Of a stretch of DNA of 64,000 nt, positions 37,601 to 51,189 are shown in pieces. Below the pieces are notes generated by a model. The model was not told where the DNA came from. It saw only the letters and a list, made by a program, of their open reading frames with translations, and did not search any database. The translations under genes were made by a program, and so were the position numbers. Within the stretch, counting starts at the first letter, position 1. Each line of letters begins with the position of its first letter. Location: positions 817,985 to 881,984 of the forward strand of contig MU057887.1 of assembly GCA_013265495.1 (NCBI GenBank), given 5' to 3'. The DNA is from Vicugna vicugna (taxonomy: Eukaryota).

Positions 37601-38868
37601 TTGCAAGAAGCATTGAAGACACTATGTGGAGAGTACGTCGTGATGCTTGGTACTTGACAGTCGCCCAAAAATACCAGCTACTGCTGGCACTGGTTTTGAA
37701 GCATTTAAAGTCTAATTAAATTAGTTTTTGTGCCAGAGACGCTGAGACAAATGTGAGGCTTTTTTTTTTAAGTTTCTCAATGGGAGGGACTGTGCCTTTC
37801 TCAGCTTTTTATTTCATGCCATTTTGTACATAATTTCTTAGAAATATATTGAGCTGAACTTTCTGAGCCAAGTAGTGTTTATGTCAGTGGAATAGCGGGC
37901 AGCATCGGACTTGAATGATTTTATATATATGAGCGGCAATCTTAAATAAACCCCAAAGCTACTTTTATCATTTGAAAAGTGATTGATTTGGAATTTATCG
38001 CTTGAATTTTACTGTGTCACTCCGAAGTGAGCTCGGCCAGCTTAAGGAGGAGGTTGTCGTACTTTGTTACATACTGAATTCAGTTACCAAGATTATCCAG
38101 TTAGCATAAAATGCAGTTCAGTTTTTGTTATGTTGTTGCCATAGCTGGAGTGGGGTGGGTGTTTAAACCTTTGTGAACTCAAAATTCTTTTATGATGATG
38201 GAATATTTCATGTTTTAATACTCTTGGTAAAGAGTATGTGTTTAACTACTTTACCAGGTATGTGTTTTTTACAGGTTCATATAATATATAAAATGCATTT
38301 CTGTTCCAAGAAAAATACAAGTGGTAAACAGTTGGGAGAGAGCTTGCATATTTCCCTTTCTTATCCTGTCTGATGATTAATGCATTCAGCTATGTTCAGC
38401 CTCACGTTTAACCAGGTTAGTGTTTAGTTTTGGTTAGGCTGTTTTCCTTGTGAGGACAAAAATGGCCAATCCCGTGCCCTACCTGTCTTCCAGATGGAGT
38501 CTTTGCATTGTTTCCAGATCACGGTGCTTAATGCAAGGTCAGATCTTCTTGTGAAAACAGATTCTGGATTAACTACGTCTGTGCACTTGCACACACCCAT
38601 CCATACCTGCCTGTGCACTTAAGCCCCAGCAACCTGCTGAGGTCATGGGTCTGATTTCAAGATGCAAAAGAGGGTTGATGTTTTGCTTTGTAGCATAAAA
38701 GTGCAGAAGCAAGTTCTCAGTACACAGTAGATCTGCATGGAGACCATGAGGTTTAACAGAAAGAGCAGGAACTTTCAGACCCACTGTGTGACCTTGGACG
38801 AAGCCCTTAATAGCTGAGTCTCTGGTTCTCATTAATGCACCGTGCTTGACTGTTGTGAGGATTTAATG

Positions 38869-39077
38869 CAGGGGCTGGCAAACTACAGCCTGTGGGTCTG
38901 TTTTTGTCAGTAAAGTTTTATCGAGACACAGCCATGTCCATTCCTTTAGTGTTGCCTTGGCTGTTCCAGGCTACAGCCTACACCAGCCCATTTGGGTAGC
39001 TGTGACAGAGATAACTATATGGGTTGCAAAGCCTAAATTAATTGTTTTCTGGCCCTTTACAGGAAAAGTTTGCTGAC
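38869..39077. mobile_element. MER58A-like hAT-Charlie DNA transposon adjoining a MIR remnant (about 38750-38868)
   Basis: caggggctggcaaactacagcctgtggg...tttttgtcagtaaagttttatcgagacacagccatg...gcaaagcctaaa...tctggccctttacaggaaaagtttgctgac. Confidence 0.85.
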
Positions 39078-41634
39078 AATAGGACAATCAAAAAATCGTG
39101 GTTTGAGTCTCAGCTTAACTGTGACCTTGATCATGTTTCTGTAACCTTATGTTTTTCCTCTGTAAGTATTTATTCATTCATTCAGTGCATATTATGAGCT
39201 TGCTCTGAGTCAAGCATTGTTCTGGGCTTAGGAAGTGGAGCAGTGAACAAAACAGACACAAACACCTGCCCTCATGGGTTCATGCGCCAGTGAGACATGC
39301 TCGGTGAGGGGAGAGGAGTGTGGGGCTCACAGGGAGGTGGAGGTGGCCAATACCCGTGAAAGCGCACCTAGAACACTGCTCGGCGTGAGGGACGGTGAGC
39401 AGCGTGTGTGCTCAGTGGCGTTCGCTGTTACTGTTATGCTAAGCGTGGGGTTGTTAATGCGTAAAACAGAGTGGAGCCTCATTTCAAGGTTGGACCCTTC
39501 CAATTCCATGTCTACTGTCCCTAATGTTTTTCCTAAAAGAGTGACTACCTGGAAGTCAGTCTGGATCGCATCCCGTACAGTGAGCTCACGTGAAGCTCTG
39601 TGTCATCTGCACGAAGGAGACAGAATGGGGTCCCTGAGGCCCAGGTCGGAGCAGTGTGACGTTCACAGGTGGCCCTTGACACGCTGGGCTGTCCAGGCGG
39701 AGGTGAAGAGAGCCGGAAGAGCGGAGAGTCTGACACCTCCGGTCTCTCAACACTTGCTCATGGACCTTGGAGTCAACTCGTGGGGTTTTACGCTCATTCC
39801 ATGTTATAAGGTCTCACTAGCCGTGAGACCCCTTGGGCCTCCGCAGTCTGTGAATCTCGGACCAGGGAGAAAAAGTGCTCAGCATGGAAGGATGAGCTTC
39901 GGCTAGTATTCTGTGAAGTGGTGATTATGTTTTAAGACTGAAGATTAATTATTTGAAACTATGAAATAGATACTAGTTTCTTCATATACATTAAATACTG
40001 ACACTCTGATTCAGTCGGCGTTTGCACGCAAGGCACTTTACGTCTCGGTGCTCAGGCAGGTGCGGGGTTGGGGTGGAGATAATCGGTGAGTGGAGTGAAT
40101 AGTGTCAGAGGCCCCCGATTGTATGACTTGAGGAAGATAACTTAATTTTGCTGATTTTCACATCGGTAGAGTACGGAGATGAGACCAAGTTTTTCCAGGT
40201 CCTCTTCAGCTCTGATTATGTGGTTTGTGAATTTTCTGTCTGACATGATTCCCTCCCATAGAAAGCCTCGTGCTGTTTCCTGTCCTGCTGGAGACTGCGC
40301 CCTCCCCCTTCACGTGACAACGTGACGCCTTTGTTCTTCCTGTTTCTTAGTTCGGAACACAGAGTGTTGGAGTCGCCGGCCCTACCCTTCTTGAGACGCT
40401 GTCAGCTTCCTCATCTTCTGAAGCAAGATAATTTCCCTTCATAACCCCCACCCGTAGGTGGAGGGATAATTTTGATGGACCACAGGACTACCTAAGGCAC
40501 TCTCCAGCTCTGACATTCCGAGGTTCTGGAGTAAAATTCAGAAGACTAGATGGACTGGAGGGAAGAAGGCCGTGTTACTTTGTTTTGTTCTTCTGAGTTG
40601 AGACGAGGGAAAGCCCCCGAGCCAGGAGCTTTCCTGGACGAGACTTACTGGGAGTGAGTGGCCATGACCCCTGCGAGTGATGGCAGGGCCTCACCTCGCT
40701 TCTCTGTGGTGCTCACGCAGGATCCTTTTTCCTGTCAAGCTCCCCCTTTCACAAACAAGCTCTGTAGGAAATGTTCATACCTAAAAGCGTATATGATGGG
40801 AGACGGCGCATCAGGATTGCCTTGTTACAGTTCCAGACGGACAAACGAAGACTTGCAATCTGTAGTTTGTGATCTGACAGAGATCAAATGAAACTCATAA
40901 ACGCTTTTTGAAAATAGAAAAAAATCATCTGTACTTTGTTTGAAAACATGCCATTCTTCTGGAGCTTTCATTTTTTGGGTAATTAATAGTATGTTTTTGA
41001 AAAATCACTTGAAGTGAAAGTGGGAATATATACTCCCATGATTTTACTGACGAGGAGCCATTGTCCTCAAGAATATAAGGTTAAAAATTATATATATACC
41101 CTTAATAGCATCTGTGACTTTTAATATCTACAGTATTCCAAAGTTACGAAATTCCAGCCGGAAAGGCTTGTCTGGATAAAAGGACAGACTTTATCATTTT
41201 AAGCTACTGATTATCGGCCTGTATCTGCATCATGTGTTTTGAAGTCGGAGAGCTGAGTGTGGGCGAAGGCCTCCCTCCTGCCCATTTAGAGGGCAGCTCG
41301 TGGTGAGAGGCGTTTAGGTGCTGTGGATGGTTGGGGCGCTGGTTCTGGAGTCACGTGGATCTGTGGGCCGGGGCGCGACCCCGTATGAGCCTGTTCCCCT
41401 GAGAGGTGGGACAGCGGGAAGTCCTGGCTTGGAGGCTTCCTGGGAGGATTACGATGGACCGTGCACGTAACGTCAACAGTGCTGGGCAGAGACCTAGGAA
41501 GCTTCAGCTGCAGGGACTTTTGTTTGCATGAGTGCAGCCTGATCTTCCTTCGGAAGTCCAAACCCCAGTCACCAACTTCCTTCTTTATCCCCCAGTGGAG
41601 GTCCTTCGGCACCACAGAAACCATCCATTGGGAA

Positions 41635-42980
41635 CTGGACCTTCTGCTCTGGATCGATGGTGTAGATGCACTTCTCTGTCTTCCTTCTGCTCGGTGGAGC
41701 TAGCAGCCCTGGACGGTCCGTGTGGAATAGACACAGGAAGGTGCAGAAGGGTGGACAGAAGCGGGCAGTCTGCCTGGGGGCCTCGGGACTCTGGGGACGG
41801 CCCGATGGTGCGCTCCCTGGGCATTCTGTTTGCCTGTGTTTCCCAGACTGGACGTCAGAGAAGCAGTCAGTCCAGAAACGCAGGTGCAGACCAAAAAAGC
41901 CCCCAAGAGGAGCTTGCTGTCGCCAGCCAAGGGACCAGGAGAGGGGCAGTTTAGCAAGACAGACTTTAGGCAGTAACTGCCCTACCTCAGACAAGCACCA
42001 TGGGAAAAAGGAAACCCCCTCTCCTGATCAGCAAAGACCGGGTGGGGAGCCTAGCCTCAGACCTTCACCCGAACATGATGGGGTACCCCTCACCCCGCTG
42101 GGTGGTGTCCTGGGTGGGGAGCCAGGGCTCTCATCCCTGTCCCCAGGTAACCAGGCACTCCCTCCCCCGCCCAACTGTGCTGTCCGTTGAGGCCAGGTGG
42201 GGACCTGAAACTCCCACCTGTTCAAGAACAGTCGGTATAAAACTGTGCTGTGACCTTCGGCCTAGCGGTAAGAAGGCCGAGTAGGGGACCTGGTCCCTCA
42301 CCCCCGCGTGGCAGTGGCAGGACGCTCCCTGCCGCCACTGTCATGGTGTTAGAGGAAGCGGCTGAAACAGATTTGCTTAAGATGCACAGTCTCAACATGA
42401 TACTCAAAACGTTCTTGGCGTATGATTAGAAGTCACGTGTTCCGTTGAGAACCAGGAAGACGTCAACCTGAGTGAGAAGAGGCAGTCAGCAGATGGCAGC
42501 ACCTCGATGACACAGCTGTGGGTCCTCTGCCAAGGGTTTTCGGGCAGCATTCAACGGAGTGCTTCAGCGAGCGGTTATGAACAATTGCAGCAAATGAAGA
42601 ACTAGAAAACCTCAGCAAAGAAATAAAAGATACAAAGGAAATCCAAATGGAAATCTTAGGACTGAAAAAATAACAACCCAAAATAAAACGTAAAAGCTCA
42701 TTGGACTGGCTCTGTAGCACAGTGGAGAGGACAAAGGGAGAAATCAGTGAACCTGAGGTTAGAATAAAAAGTATCCACTCTGAACAACAGAAAGAAAATA
42801 GACTGGAAAAAATTACCAGGGACATCAGGACTCAATAAATGGTCTGACGTTCCGTCATTGGAGTCCCAGAAGGAGAGGGGGAAGAGGGTGGGGCTAGAAA
42901 AGTGTTGAAAGAAACAGTTTCCCAAATTTGGGGAAACAAAAACAAAAACAAAACTCTACAGTAGATTCAGGAGGGTCAGG
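41635..42980 (+). mobile_element. Old L1 (L1MD/L1M4-like) 5' UTR and ORF1 start
   Basis: gatggtgtagatgcacttctc...ccctggac...gaagggtggacagaagcgggcag...aaaaaagcccca...agccaagggaccaggagaggggcagtttagcaagacaga resembles ancient L1 5' ends. It is followed by ORF1-like ctcagcaaagaaataaaagatacaaaggaaatccaaatggaaatcttaggactgaaaa...aatcagtgaacctgag. Confidence 0.75.
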
Positions 42981-43214
42981 ACTGGGTCGTGTTTCCTTGG
43001 GTTACCTTGACAGTAAATGTCCTGCCTCCCCGGAAATGTTCATGATCCCGGTGACCCATCAATCCTGTTAAAGGATCTTGTTTTCAGTCTTTTATTTTTA
43101 GTGACCAAGGCCCCCTTACCTTATCTTGGTCCAGGTTACATCACCCACCATTTTCAGTAGGAGCATAACAAGATAGTCTTTTTGCTAAATATCTCATGTT
43201 TTCCTAAGCCAGCA

Positions 43215-43705
43215 GTTACCTGGGTAATATACCCAGTAGAAATGAGTGCCTGTGTCCACCAAAGGTCATGTACATGAATGTTCATAACAGCCTTATTCAT
43301 AATAGCTGAAACTGGAGACAGCCCAGATGTCTGTCCCTGATAGAATGGGTAAATACACTGTGGTATGTCCATGCAGTGGAATAATATGCAGCAGTGAAGA
43401 CAGGCAAGCCACTGTGATGTGCAGCAGTATGTTTAGTAAAGGAAACCAGACAAGGAGAATATACACCGTGTGACTCCATTTACCCAAAATTCCATAAGAG
43501 GCAGAAGTAATCTAAGATGATAGTGATTAGGGGACTAGTTAAGTCAGGGGTTATCAGCTGGTAGGGGGCACAGGGACCCACGTGCTGGCATGATCTGCGT
43601 CTTCAGCTGGGTAGTGGTTGCATGTGTGCACACATGAAACCTCTGTCAGGTGTCACACTGGAGAATTGTGTGCTGTATTATAGCAGATTAAATTTTAAAA
43701 TAAAA
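43215..43705 (+). mobile_element. Old L1M ORF2 end and 3' UTR remnant
   Basis: tacccagtagaaatgagtgcctgtgtccaccaaaggtcatgtacatgaatgttcataacagccttattcataatagctgaaactgga...gaatgggtaaatacactgtggtat. Confidence 0.8.
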
Positions 43706-46700
43706 TGTGTGTGTATCCTGCAGCACACATCTCCATGAACAGTCCTCCCATTGCCTTGGAGATGAAATGGGAGCGCATGAGCTTGGCGTCCAAGGCCTCC
43801 TGTGACCGGCCCTGCGCTGGCCAGGTTACGCGGGTCCCTCCTCTGTATTCCCGTGGCACGTGGTGTCTCCTCCAGCTCTGGGTGCCAGTGCTGTTTCTCA
43901 CTTGTCTCGGGAGCCTTGTCTCTCTCTCTGCCCCCACCCCCAGCCCCACCCTGACTTCGGTAAGGGCGGAAAATGTGTCTCAGTCACTCTTTAGTCTCCA
44001 ACACAGGATCTGTCATAAAGTAGCTTCCTTTAAATTTCTGTCAAATGAATAAATAGCTGTAGATTAAAATTTTTTCAGGTGTTTAAGTGTTTGCAAAGAG
44101 GGAAATCGGAGAAAGGACCTGAAGGTCAAGTGCAGCTTCCTTGTTGTGCTAACGGTGAGGTTCCTGGGGGACTGGAGAGATGGCCAGAGTCTTTTCCTGC
44201 TGCCTGGGGCTGGGACACATGTGTCACCAGAGGCCTCTTCCTGGATCGGCTGAGGCTGGCCACACACCATTCCCACCTTTCCTGGCTGTTCCAAGGCAGG
44301 GGCCTGCCCTTAACGTCCGGGTCTGTCTCACCAGCCCCTTCCTCTCCCCTTCTCAATCCTGAGCACTCTCAACTTTGAGATTTTCCAGCACATTTAATAT
44401 TATTTCAGCCACCATCTCTTTTCTGAAGATAGTAAATATCATCCCCCTGCAGTTCATATGGCGCAATTAAAGAAAAGCCTGAATTTAAAAATTTAACCAA
44501 CCTGGGTTCTGCCGCTCGTGCAGCTCTGTGCCTGGGAACAAGCTGATTAACCCTCACAGATCTTGTCTTGATCTGTCTGAATGCTACTTGCAAAGCTGTT
44601 AGGAGCCCCGCGTTTTTGCACATGAGGTGTTGGCCCATCAGGAGGTGTTTGGTGTGGGTCCCCTTCCCCTCTTCCGTCCCCGTTCGCCGGCAGGGCCCAC
44701 AGCGTTGCTGACCACAGGGTGCGTTTCTGAAACGTATCACCTCTGTTCATACACATCTCCCCCTCGTGGTCTGCTCCTGCAGGGTGGCAGTGCCTTGTGC
44801 ACCAGCCAGTCAGGCGGTGTAGCCGGCAGGCAGGACGTTGGTTCCCCCTACACGTGTCTGTGCCCAGAGGATGTCCAGCTCAGAGCAGGGCCCAGGCCGG
44901 GGCATGGCCTCCTCTGTTCTCTGAGCGGCTCTTACTCATTCATTCGGGCTAGTCCTTCCAGGAGCCAATGTGTCATGATTCCCGGCACTGGCTGGAGACT
45001 CAGGCTCTCAGCAAGCCTTTTTATTTTAAACACCATGGGCAAGTTGATAACCAGTTTCCAAGCCATACTTATTAGTGGCAAGGAGCTCATCATAATGCCA
45101 CTAGCCGCTGAGATTCTGTCCACGGGTTAAAAATTAAAGACTGAGTGTGTTCAGGACAGGATGCTGTTTGTTCGGGCACTGCGGTGTGACACTGGAAGTG
45201 ATGCGTTGCGGGTGAGAATTACATCCCAAGTCGCAGAGGAGGCAGGCGTATTGTGCAAAATTAGCTCTGTGGGTTGTTTTTGTTCTAAATGTGGCTGTGC
45301 GTGTTAGCGCCGATGTGCCAAACAACTTTCCTGAGCCGCGCTGCCTTCTCGGCCGCTGGCACGGTTTCCCGATCCCCTTCCCGTGTGACTGCTTTCTCGA
45401 GTTGTGTCCTGGGGGCTGTAAGGAGGCTGCTGAGTGGAGTGGAGTTGTGTGCACTCAGGTACATTAGAGGTAAATTCTACTTCTTGATTTATATTTTTTT
45501 TCTTCTGCTTAAATGCAGAGGTTTTCCATCCAGCTCTTCACATGTTTCCCTGGTCAGCTTTTGGCATTTTGCTCGATTCAGCCGTCTTAAAGAAACGCAG
45601 GAATGGGAAAATACCCTCTGCTTGTACTTTTTTTTTTTTTTTTTATCCTTCAGCTCGTCTTAAAGCGCTCTGTAAAGAATGCAGCAGAAGTGCCATGAGG
45701 CGCAGGATCAGGAGCGAAGATGCTGCTCGCATCCAGCGTCTTCCCGAGCTCTCCTGGAAGCCGGGCGTTGTGCAGGACACGCTCTTTGCTCCTCACCTAC
45801 TTCGTGTCACCCTCTGTTTGTAGTAGAGCCTCTTGCCTGTTTTCCACGTGAGACCAGGTGACGCGTCCAGGCTCCCGGGGCTGAGAGGGCGGCAGCGCTC
45901 GGAGCTTCCTTGTCACGCCCCTGGTTACGTAGCAGCCTGGGGACGTCGAGGGACTGGGAGTCGGGGCAGGGCTGTGCGTGGGCGAGTTATGTCTCGCGGG
46001 AGGGGTGTGCTCGGCAGCCCCGGCCCCGTGTTCTCCTGGACTGGACACTCGCAGACGTTTCACATTCCAGATCAGCTGAAAAATGTCTTTCTGACATCCA
46101 GCCCTAAGGCTCCTGGCTGTTTCCTAACTGGTCAGCATGGAAGCAGATGCTTCGTGGGGTCCCACCCGCATTCCTAGATGTCCGCGGAGCTTCTGCCGTC
46201 GGGGGGGCACTTCCTTCCCACTCAAAAACAGTCTCTCCTTTTTCAGTCTTGCAAGCAGAATACAGTCATCTTGTTTAAAACCAGGTGATTTCATTCACTA
46301 TTTAAACAAAGATTTTATCTGCTCGGTGAAGGACCCATGAGGAAAACTGCACCAAACTCAGGCACAGACGTTTGCTGAAGAAAAGTTAGTTGTTAATCTT
46401 CCTGGAGTTCAGTAGTCGAACGTAAAACGTATTTGTATTAATCACATTGTTCTTTGTACTTGGGGACATTTTAGGAGCGTCAGTGTCACTGTCCTTGACG
46501 CGCTGCTCTGTCTTCCCGCAGAGGCTGCCAGCGCGCTGCCGCGTGTCAGGGGAGGCGCAGCACCACGCTCCTCTCTGAACTCGCTTCCCTCCTGGGCGCA
46601 CCTGCTGCAGCAGCTGCTGCCTCCTGTCCTTTTCCACGTCCTCTGCTTCCCTGGGGTGCTTCGCCTTGCAGTGACTTGGGGGCGGGGTGGCCTACGGGCT

Positions 46701-47429
46701 GCAGCGTCCCATCAAGTCGGGCCCCTTCTTGGCCCTCACTGGGTCCCCGTCGCCGGCCCTCCCAGCCTCCGCTGATTATTTCACTCCCCCCTCCCAGCCT
46801 CCCGTTCCCAGGACGGACATCTTTCTACCTGGGGCACTTGATAGACTTGGTTTTTGGGACCGCTGTCGTCCATCAGTCTCCCTGAAGGTGAACTTTCTCA
46901 TCGGATTCCTCATTGCTCTTCCCGTGACTTGGGCTGGGACAGAATGAGGAACCTTCTCTCTTGGGTGTCTCCAAGCACCTCACTGCTAGCATGTCCAAAA
47001 TTGTGCTCTTGGTCCTGCAGCTGCTCCCCAAGGCTTTCCTCCTCTGTCTCAGTGTAGATGCCACCCCGACCCAGCCCACCAGAAGCTCAGATTCTTGGCG
47101 GCATCTCTTTCTCTTTCCAATCACCGTTCTAGGAAGCAGGTTCTGTCTGATCTACCTCTAAAGTATATCTCACGTCAGCCCGATTCTTTCTGTCCCTGCT
47201 GCCACCACAGATGTCCTGGCCTGCATCACCTTCTCATTCGTCTGCTGCAGTGCTTCCTAACAGGCCTTCCTGGACCCCCTCACTCCTTTCCACCCAGGTC
47301 TGTATGTGACAGTCAGGGTTCATCTTTTGAAAATCCAAATTGGATTGTTTCATTCACCTGCATAAAATTTTCAGTGGCTCATTTTACACTTAGGAAAAAA
47401 TTAATTTCTGGACCTTAAGACTATATTCT

Positions 47430-47591
47430 ACCTGCTGAACCACCTTGGGAGCTTCTAAAATACATACATGCACATGCCTGGCCCTTCACCCCAAAGATTC
47501 AGGCTAAGTTGACATGACGTGGGACCAAGGCGTCACTAGCTTAAAAGCTCCCCAGGTGACTCAGATGCACAGGGAGGGTTAAGGAGCACTG
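47430..47591. mobile_element. MER5A1/MER5-like hAT-Charlie element
   Basis: caccttgggagcttctaaaatac...atgcctggccc...aaaagctccccaggtgactcagatgcacagggagggttaaggagcactg. Confidence 0.7.
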
Positions 47592-47599
47592 CGCTGTAC

Positions 47600-48360
47600 C
47601 AGTGATTCTGAAAGTTTCACGTGCATCATCTCATCCGAACAGCTTTTTTAAAACACTGTCTACAACCTTGTCTGCGGTCTTAAGTGTCTTGTCAGTGGAT
47701 GAATGGATAAAGGAGATATTCTGCACACATGCCCACATGCACACAGAGGAATATTACTCAGCCATAAAAAAACGAAATCTTGCCACTGTGACAAGATGGG
47801 TAGACCTAGAGAGTATTACACTAAGTGAAATAAGTCAGAGAAAGACAAATACTGTACAATTTCACTTAGATGTGGAATCTAAAAAACAAAGCAAATGAAC
47901 AGACATAATAACACAGAAACAGAATCACAGATGCAGAGAACAAACAGGTGGTTGCCAGAGGGAAGGGGGGTTGGGGGAGCAGTGAAGGGGGTGAGGGGAA
48001 CTAAGAGGCACAAACGTCCAGTTACAGAGTGAGCGAGTCATGGTGCTGAAGTGTCCAGCATGGGGAGTGCAGGCAGTAACGTCAGAGTAACCCTCATGGT
48101 GAGACTGGTGGTGGTGGTCATCTTGCAATGTGTAGCAATACCAAATCCCTGTGTTGTGCGCCGGGAACTGTCATAGTGTTCGGGGTCAATTATGCTTCCA
48201 TTGAAAAACAGAAACAAACAAAAGACACTGTCTGCTGGACCCGAACCCGAGTTTTCAATTCAGTTGGTCTGTGGTGGGGCCCAGCGACTTGCCTTTCTAA
48301 AGAACAAGGTCCCAGACGACCAGATGCCGTTTGCGCTGCCCCCGGGGCCACGTGTGGAGG
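47600..48360. mobile_element. MER5A element split by an L1 insertion (halves 47600-47661 and 48234-48360)
   Basis: cagtgattctgaaagtttcacgtgcatca...ttaaaacactgtct joins gctggacccgaacccgagttttcaattcagttggtctgtggtggggcccagcgacttgcctttctaa to give a continuous MER5A-like sequence. Confidence 0.75.
47662..48221 (+). mobile_element. 5'-truncated L1 (3' end, about 560 bp) with TSD
   Basis: gtggatgaatggataaag...ggaatattactcagccataaaaa...ctaagtgaaataagtcagagaaagacaaatactg...ggtggttgccagaggg, A-rich tail. Flanking repeats AAAACACTGTCT (47650-47661) and AAGACACTGTCT (48222-48233). Confidence 0.9.
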
Positions 48361-50569
48361 GCCTGGCTCCTTCCTCCCCAGCCTCGTCCGCGTTTCACCC
48401 TCTCCCTGCACACGCCGTGCTGGCCGCCTCCCTGCGAGTCAGACACGCTCGGCTCTTCCTCCTGTGCGTCCTGGTACTTCTGGGTCCCTCTGCATCTTTG
48501 CGTGTCCGCCCCACTTTCATGGTGCAGACCTCAGTTCAGGTATCACCGTTGTGTAGAGAAGTCCTACCCAACCAACTTTCTGAAATACTGCTTCACTCCC
48601 TTCTTGGTCATTCTGTTTATTTCCTTTATGGCGTTATCATAATCTGTAAGTATATTTGTAAGTTTGTTTGCTTATTTCTTGCTCATGCACTGTCTCCCTC
48701 TCACGCAGCTGTCTGTCTGTCTGTCGGTCTCTGTCCCCTAAGTTTCATGAGCACAGGGACCTTGACTGTCTGTATACTGGTGGATGGGCGGGTGGGATCG
48801 AGAGCTGTTTTGCCTCCTGCCCACACTTTTTTTTTTCCCCAGCAAATAGCTATGGACATCTAAGGGTAAAGCAGGGGACGTGAGAATGAGTGAAACATGC
48901 TTCGTGCAACTGAAAACCCCAGAGTCTAATGAAAGAGTCAAACAGATAAACAGCTGCTGTGTAAACCATGGGCTTCATACAGACTCACTAGTCTGACTGT
49001 CACTCCCTGGGAAGGGGCCAGTCAAGAGTCTAGAGAAGCCATGGAATGTTGTGTGCATTCGGCTCTCTCCACGGCACAGAGAGAGAGAATCTTCTCCACC
49101 TGTCATCACTCTCTTTTGGTTGTGTTGTTCAGCAAATGTACTGGGCCGGAGGTGTGTCCTTTCTTTGGAGAGAAACAAGTTTCCAGGACCCTCTGCTCCC
49201 GCCTTTGTAACAAGGCCACTCCTGCCCATCCCAACCACACTGTCTTCTTTCTTCTGGACTTCTGGAAGGGAGTGGAGATTTTGCCCCCGAAGGCTCTTAA
49301 GTGGGTCAGACCAACACATGAATCAAATTAACTCCAAAATCACTTTGACCTCAAGGCAGAAAATTCATTCCATGTTCAGGTACTCCAGTGAAAGGCCTAA
49401 ATTCACTGTAATAATAAAATGCCCACAAGAGATACTCTATATTTGAATATTAATTCTATCTCATTATCAAATTCCCAGGGAAGTATTAAAATCCAAAGAT
49501 TACATTTCATTTTAAATTAAAGTCCAAAGACATTAAAGTCAAATACTCTGCCCATGTGAGTTAGAATTCAAAGAAGTTAATGTTCAGAATGCATCCTCCC
49601 AACTTCTTACTCTGCTTAATCCCAGTTGGAGGGGCTCTTAATGCCTGCGTGGGGTCAGGACTCTTCTAACAGCTGCAGCCAGAGTTGGTGTCTTGGGGTT
49701 CTGTGAGCCCCACTCCTGACTGTCTGAAACGCCTCCTTTCTAAAAAGACTTAACAGGGCAGAGGCTTGTCTGCACTGGCCCCCACCCAGCGGAGCTAGGA
49801 GACGAGCCCGTTCCCAGTCTTCTAGCAGTCACCCCAAGCTCAGTGTGCTGTCGGGTGGCAGAAAGTCTGTGATGCCCCAAGGAAGGCGGGCTGCTGTAGG
49901 AAGTCTTGGCTTCCGTCTCACCAGCACCTCAGGTAGTCTGTGACTGCTGGCGGCCTCTGACAGCGGGAAGCAGTTTCTCTTCCGTCGTCTGAGTGATCCC
50001 AGGGGCCCAGGCCATGCTCCCCCTCCTCTTCTGGGCTCTGTGGCCTCCTCCCCCAGGTTCTGCGCCAGCAGCAACCGAAACGGCCAGCCCTCTTGTAAAA
50101 GTCAGTTTTCGAGCAGTTGGGACTAGGTGCGGTTTCATTTCCTTTTGGATCCTTTCATCCTGACCTTCTAGATAATTATTTCCCATTTTACATCTGGATG
50201 GTCTGTCCTCTTAAGTTTTCAACTTCTGCTCCTTAAAAAATAAATAAGTAAAATATTAAAAAATCACTTTCCCTTGATCTAAATCGGCGGATTGCTTTCT
50301 TTTGTTTTCGTCCATCTGCTGCTTCTGTTCTGAGAGTCAGACTGAACCACTCTTCACTGTAACTCCTCTTTGTTTTCTAGAGGCAGACACTCCAGACAAA
50401 GGCCTTTTTAAGTTGCCGTTTTTTCGTGGAGTTTGTGTGTCTGCATCAGGCAGTATCCTTGTGTGTTTTCTGGTCTTGGGATCTATCTAAAGTTTCTCCT
50501 AGGTATGTCTGGCGCGTGGCCCTTTTCAAGTTGAAAAAAGTTCTCTAGTTTTCTGAGAATTAAAAAAAA

Positions 50570-51150
50570 TCATAAATAGGTACTAAACATTATCAAATGC
50601 TTTTCCTATGATAATTGACGTATTCTCTTCATTAATATTAGTAATTACCTTATAGATTTTCTGATCTGCATTAAGATCTTCATGAATTTTTGAGGTATGT
50701 GTAACTAATATTATTTCTAGAATTTGGGGGGTGGGGAGGTCTATGATTATATGTTAAATAACCATGTGATTTTCTTACACTGATTTGTCTTATCCTGGTT
50801 TTAGAATCAAGCCACAGTAGCCTCATAAAGTGAACCGGGAAACTCTCCCTCTTTTTCCGTTGTTTGAAAAGCTTATGTATGTAGTAGATTTTCTGTTCCT
50901 TAAAATTTTGATGGTACTTGCTTGGAGAGCTGTTTGGGTCTTTGACGATTTTTGTCAGTGAGTCTTGGTCATTTTCATATCTTTAAATCATTTAAATTTA
51001 AATATTTAAATTATTGACGTATTGAAGCTTTTTATTTACCGTGTCAGTTTTTCTCAGAAATGTTCCTTTTATCTAGATTTTCTATTTTTTCCATAAAATT
51101 CATATTTTATTATTTTATCTATGTTTCCTATACCTGTTTGTCTTTTTGCA
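50570..51150 (-). mobile_element. Old L1M ORF2 remnant
   Basis: ttatcaaatgcttttcct; tgtcttatcctggttttagaatcaag...tagcctcataaagtgaaccgggaaactctccctcttttt are antisense RT-region landmarks. Confidence 0.6.
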
Positions 51151-51189
51151 TCCAGCATTGTAAGGGTCCAGGGTCACTTGGTTACTCTG

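Larger units (their letters stand above)
46900..48780 (+). mobile_element. L2 LINE remnant split by MER5 and L1 insertions (L2 parts about 46900-47420 and 48370-48780)
   Basis: ctctcttgggtgtctccaagcacctcactgctagcatgtccaaaattgtgctc; cttcctaacaggccttcctg; agacctcagttcaggtatcacc; ccctaagtttcatgagcacagggaccttgactgtc are L2 3' landmarks in order. Confidence 0.75.

Noticed and set aside
39274..39906. 210-aa ATG ORF
   Set aside because: Starts inside L2/MIR-like repeat remnants and has no similarity to any protein family I recognise.
41532..42284. Cluster of overlapping 140-174 aa ORFs
   Set aside because: They coincide with a GC-rich ancient L1 5' UTR; stop-poor by composition.
48192..48863. 223-aa hydrophobic ORF
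   Set aside because: It runs across an L1 tail, MER5A and L2 remnants, so it is a repeat chimera.
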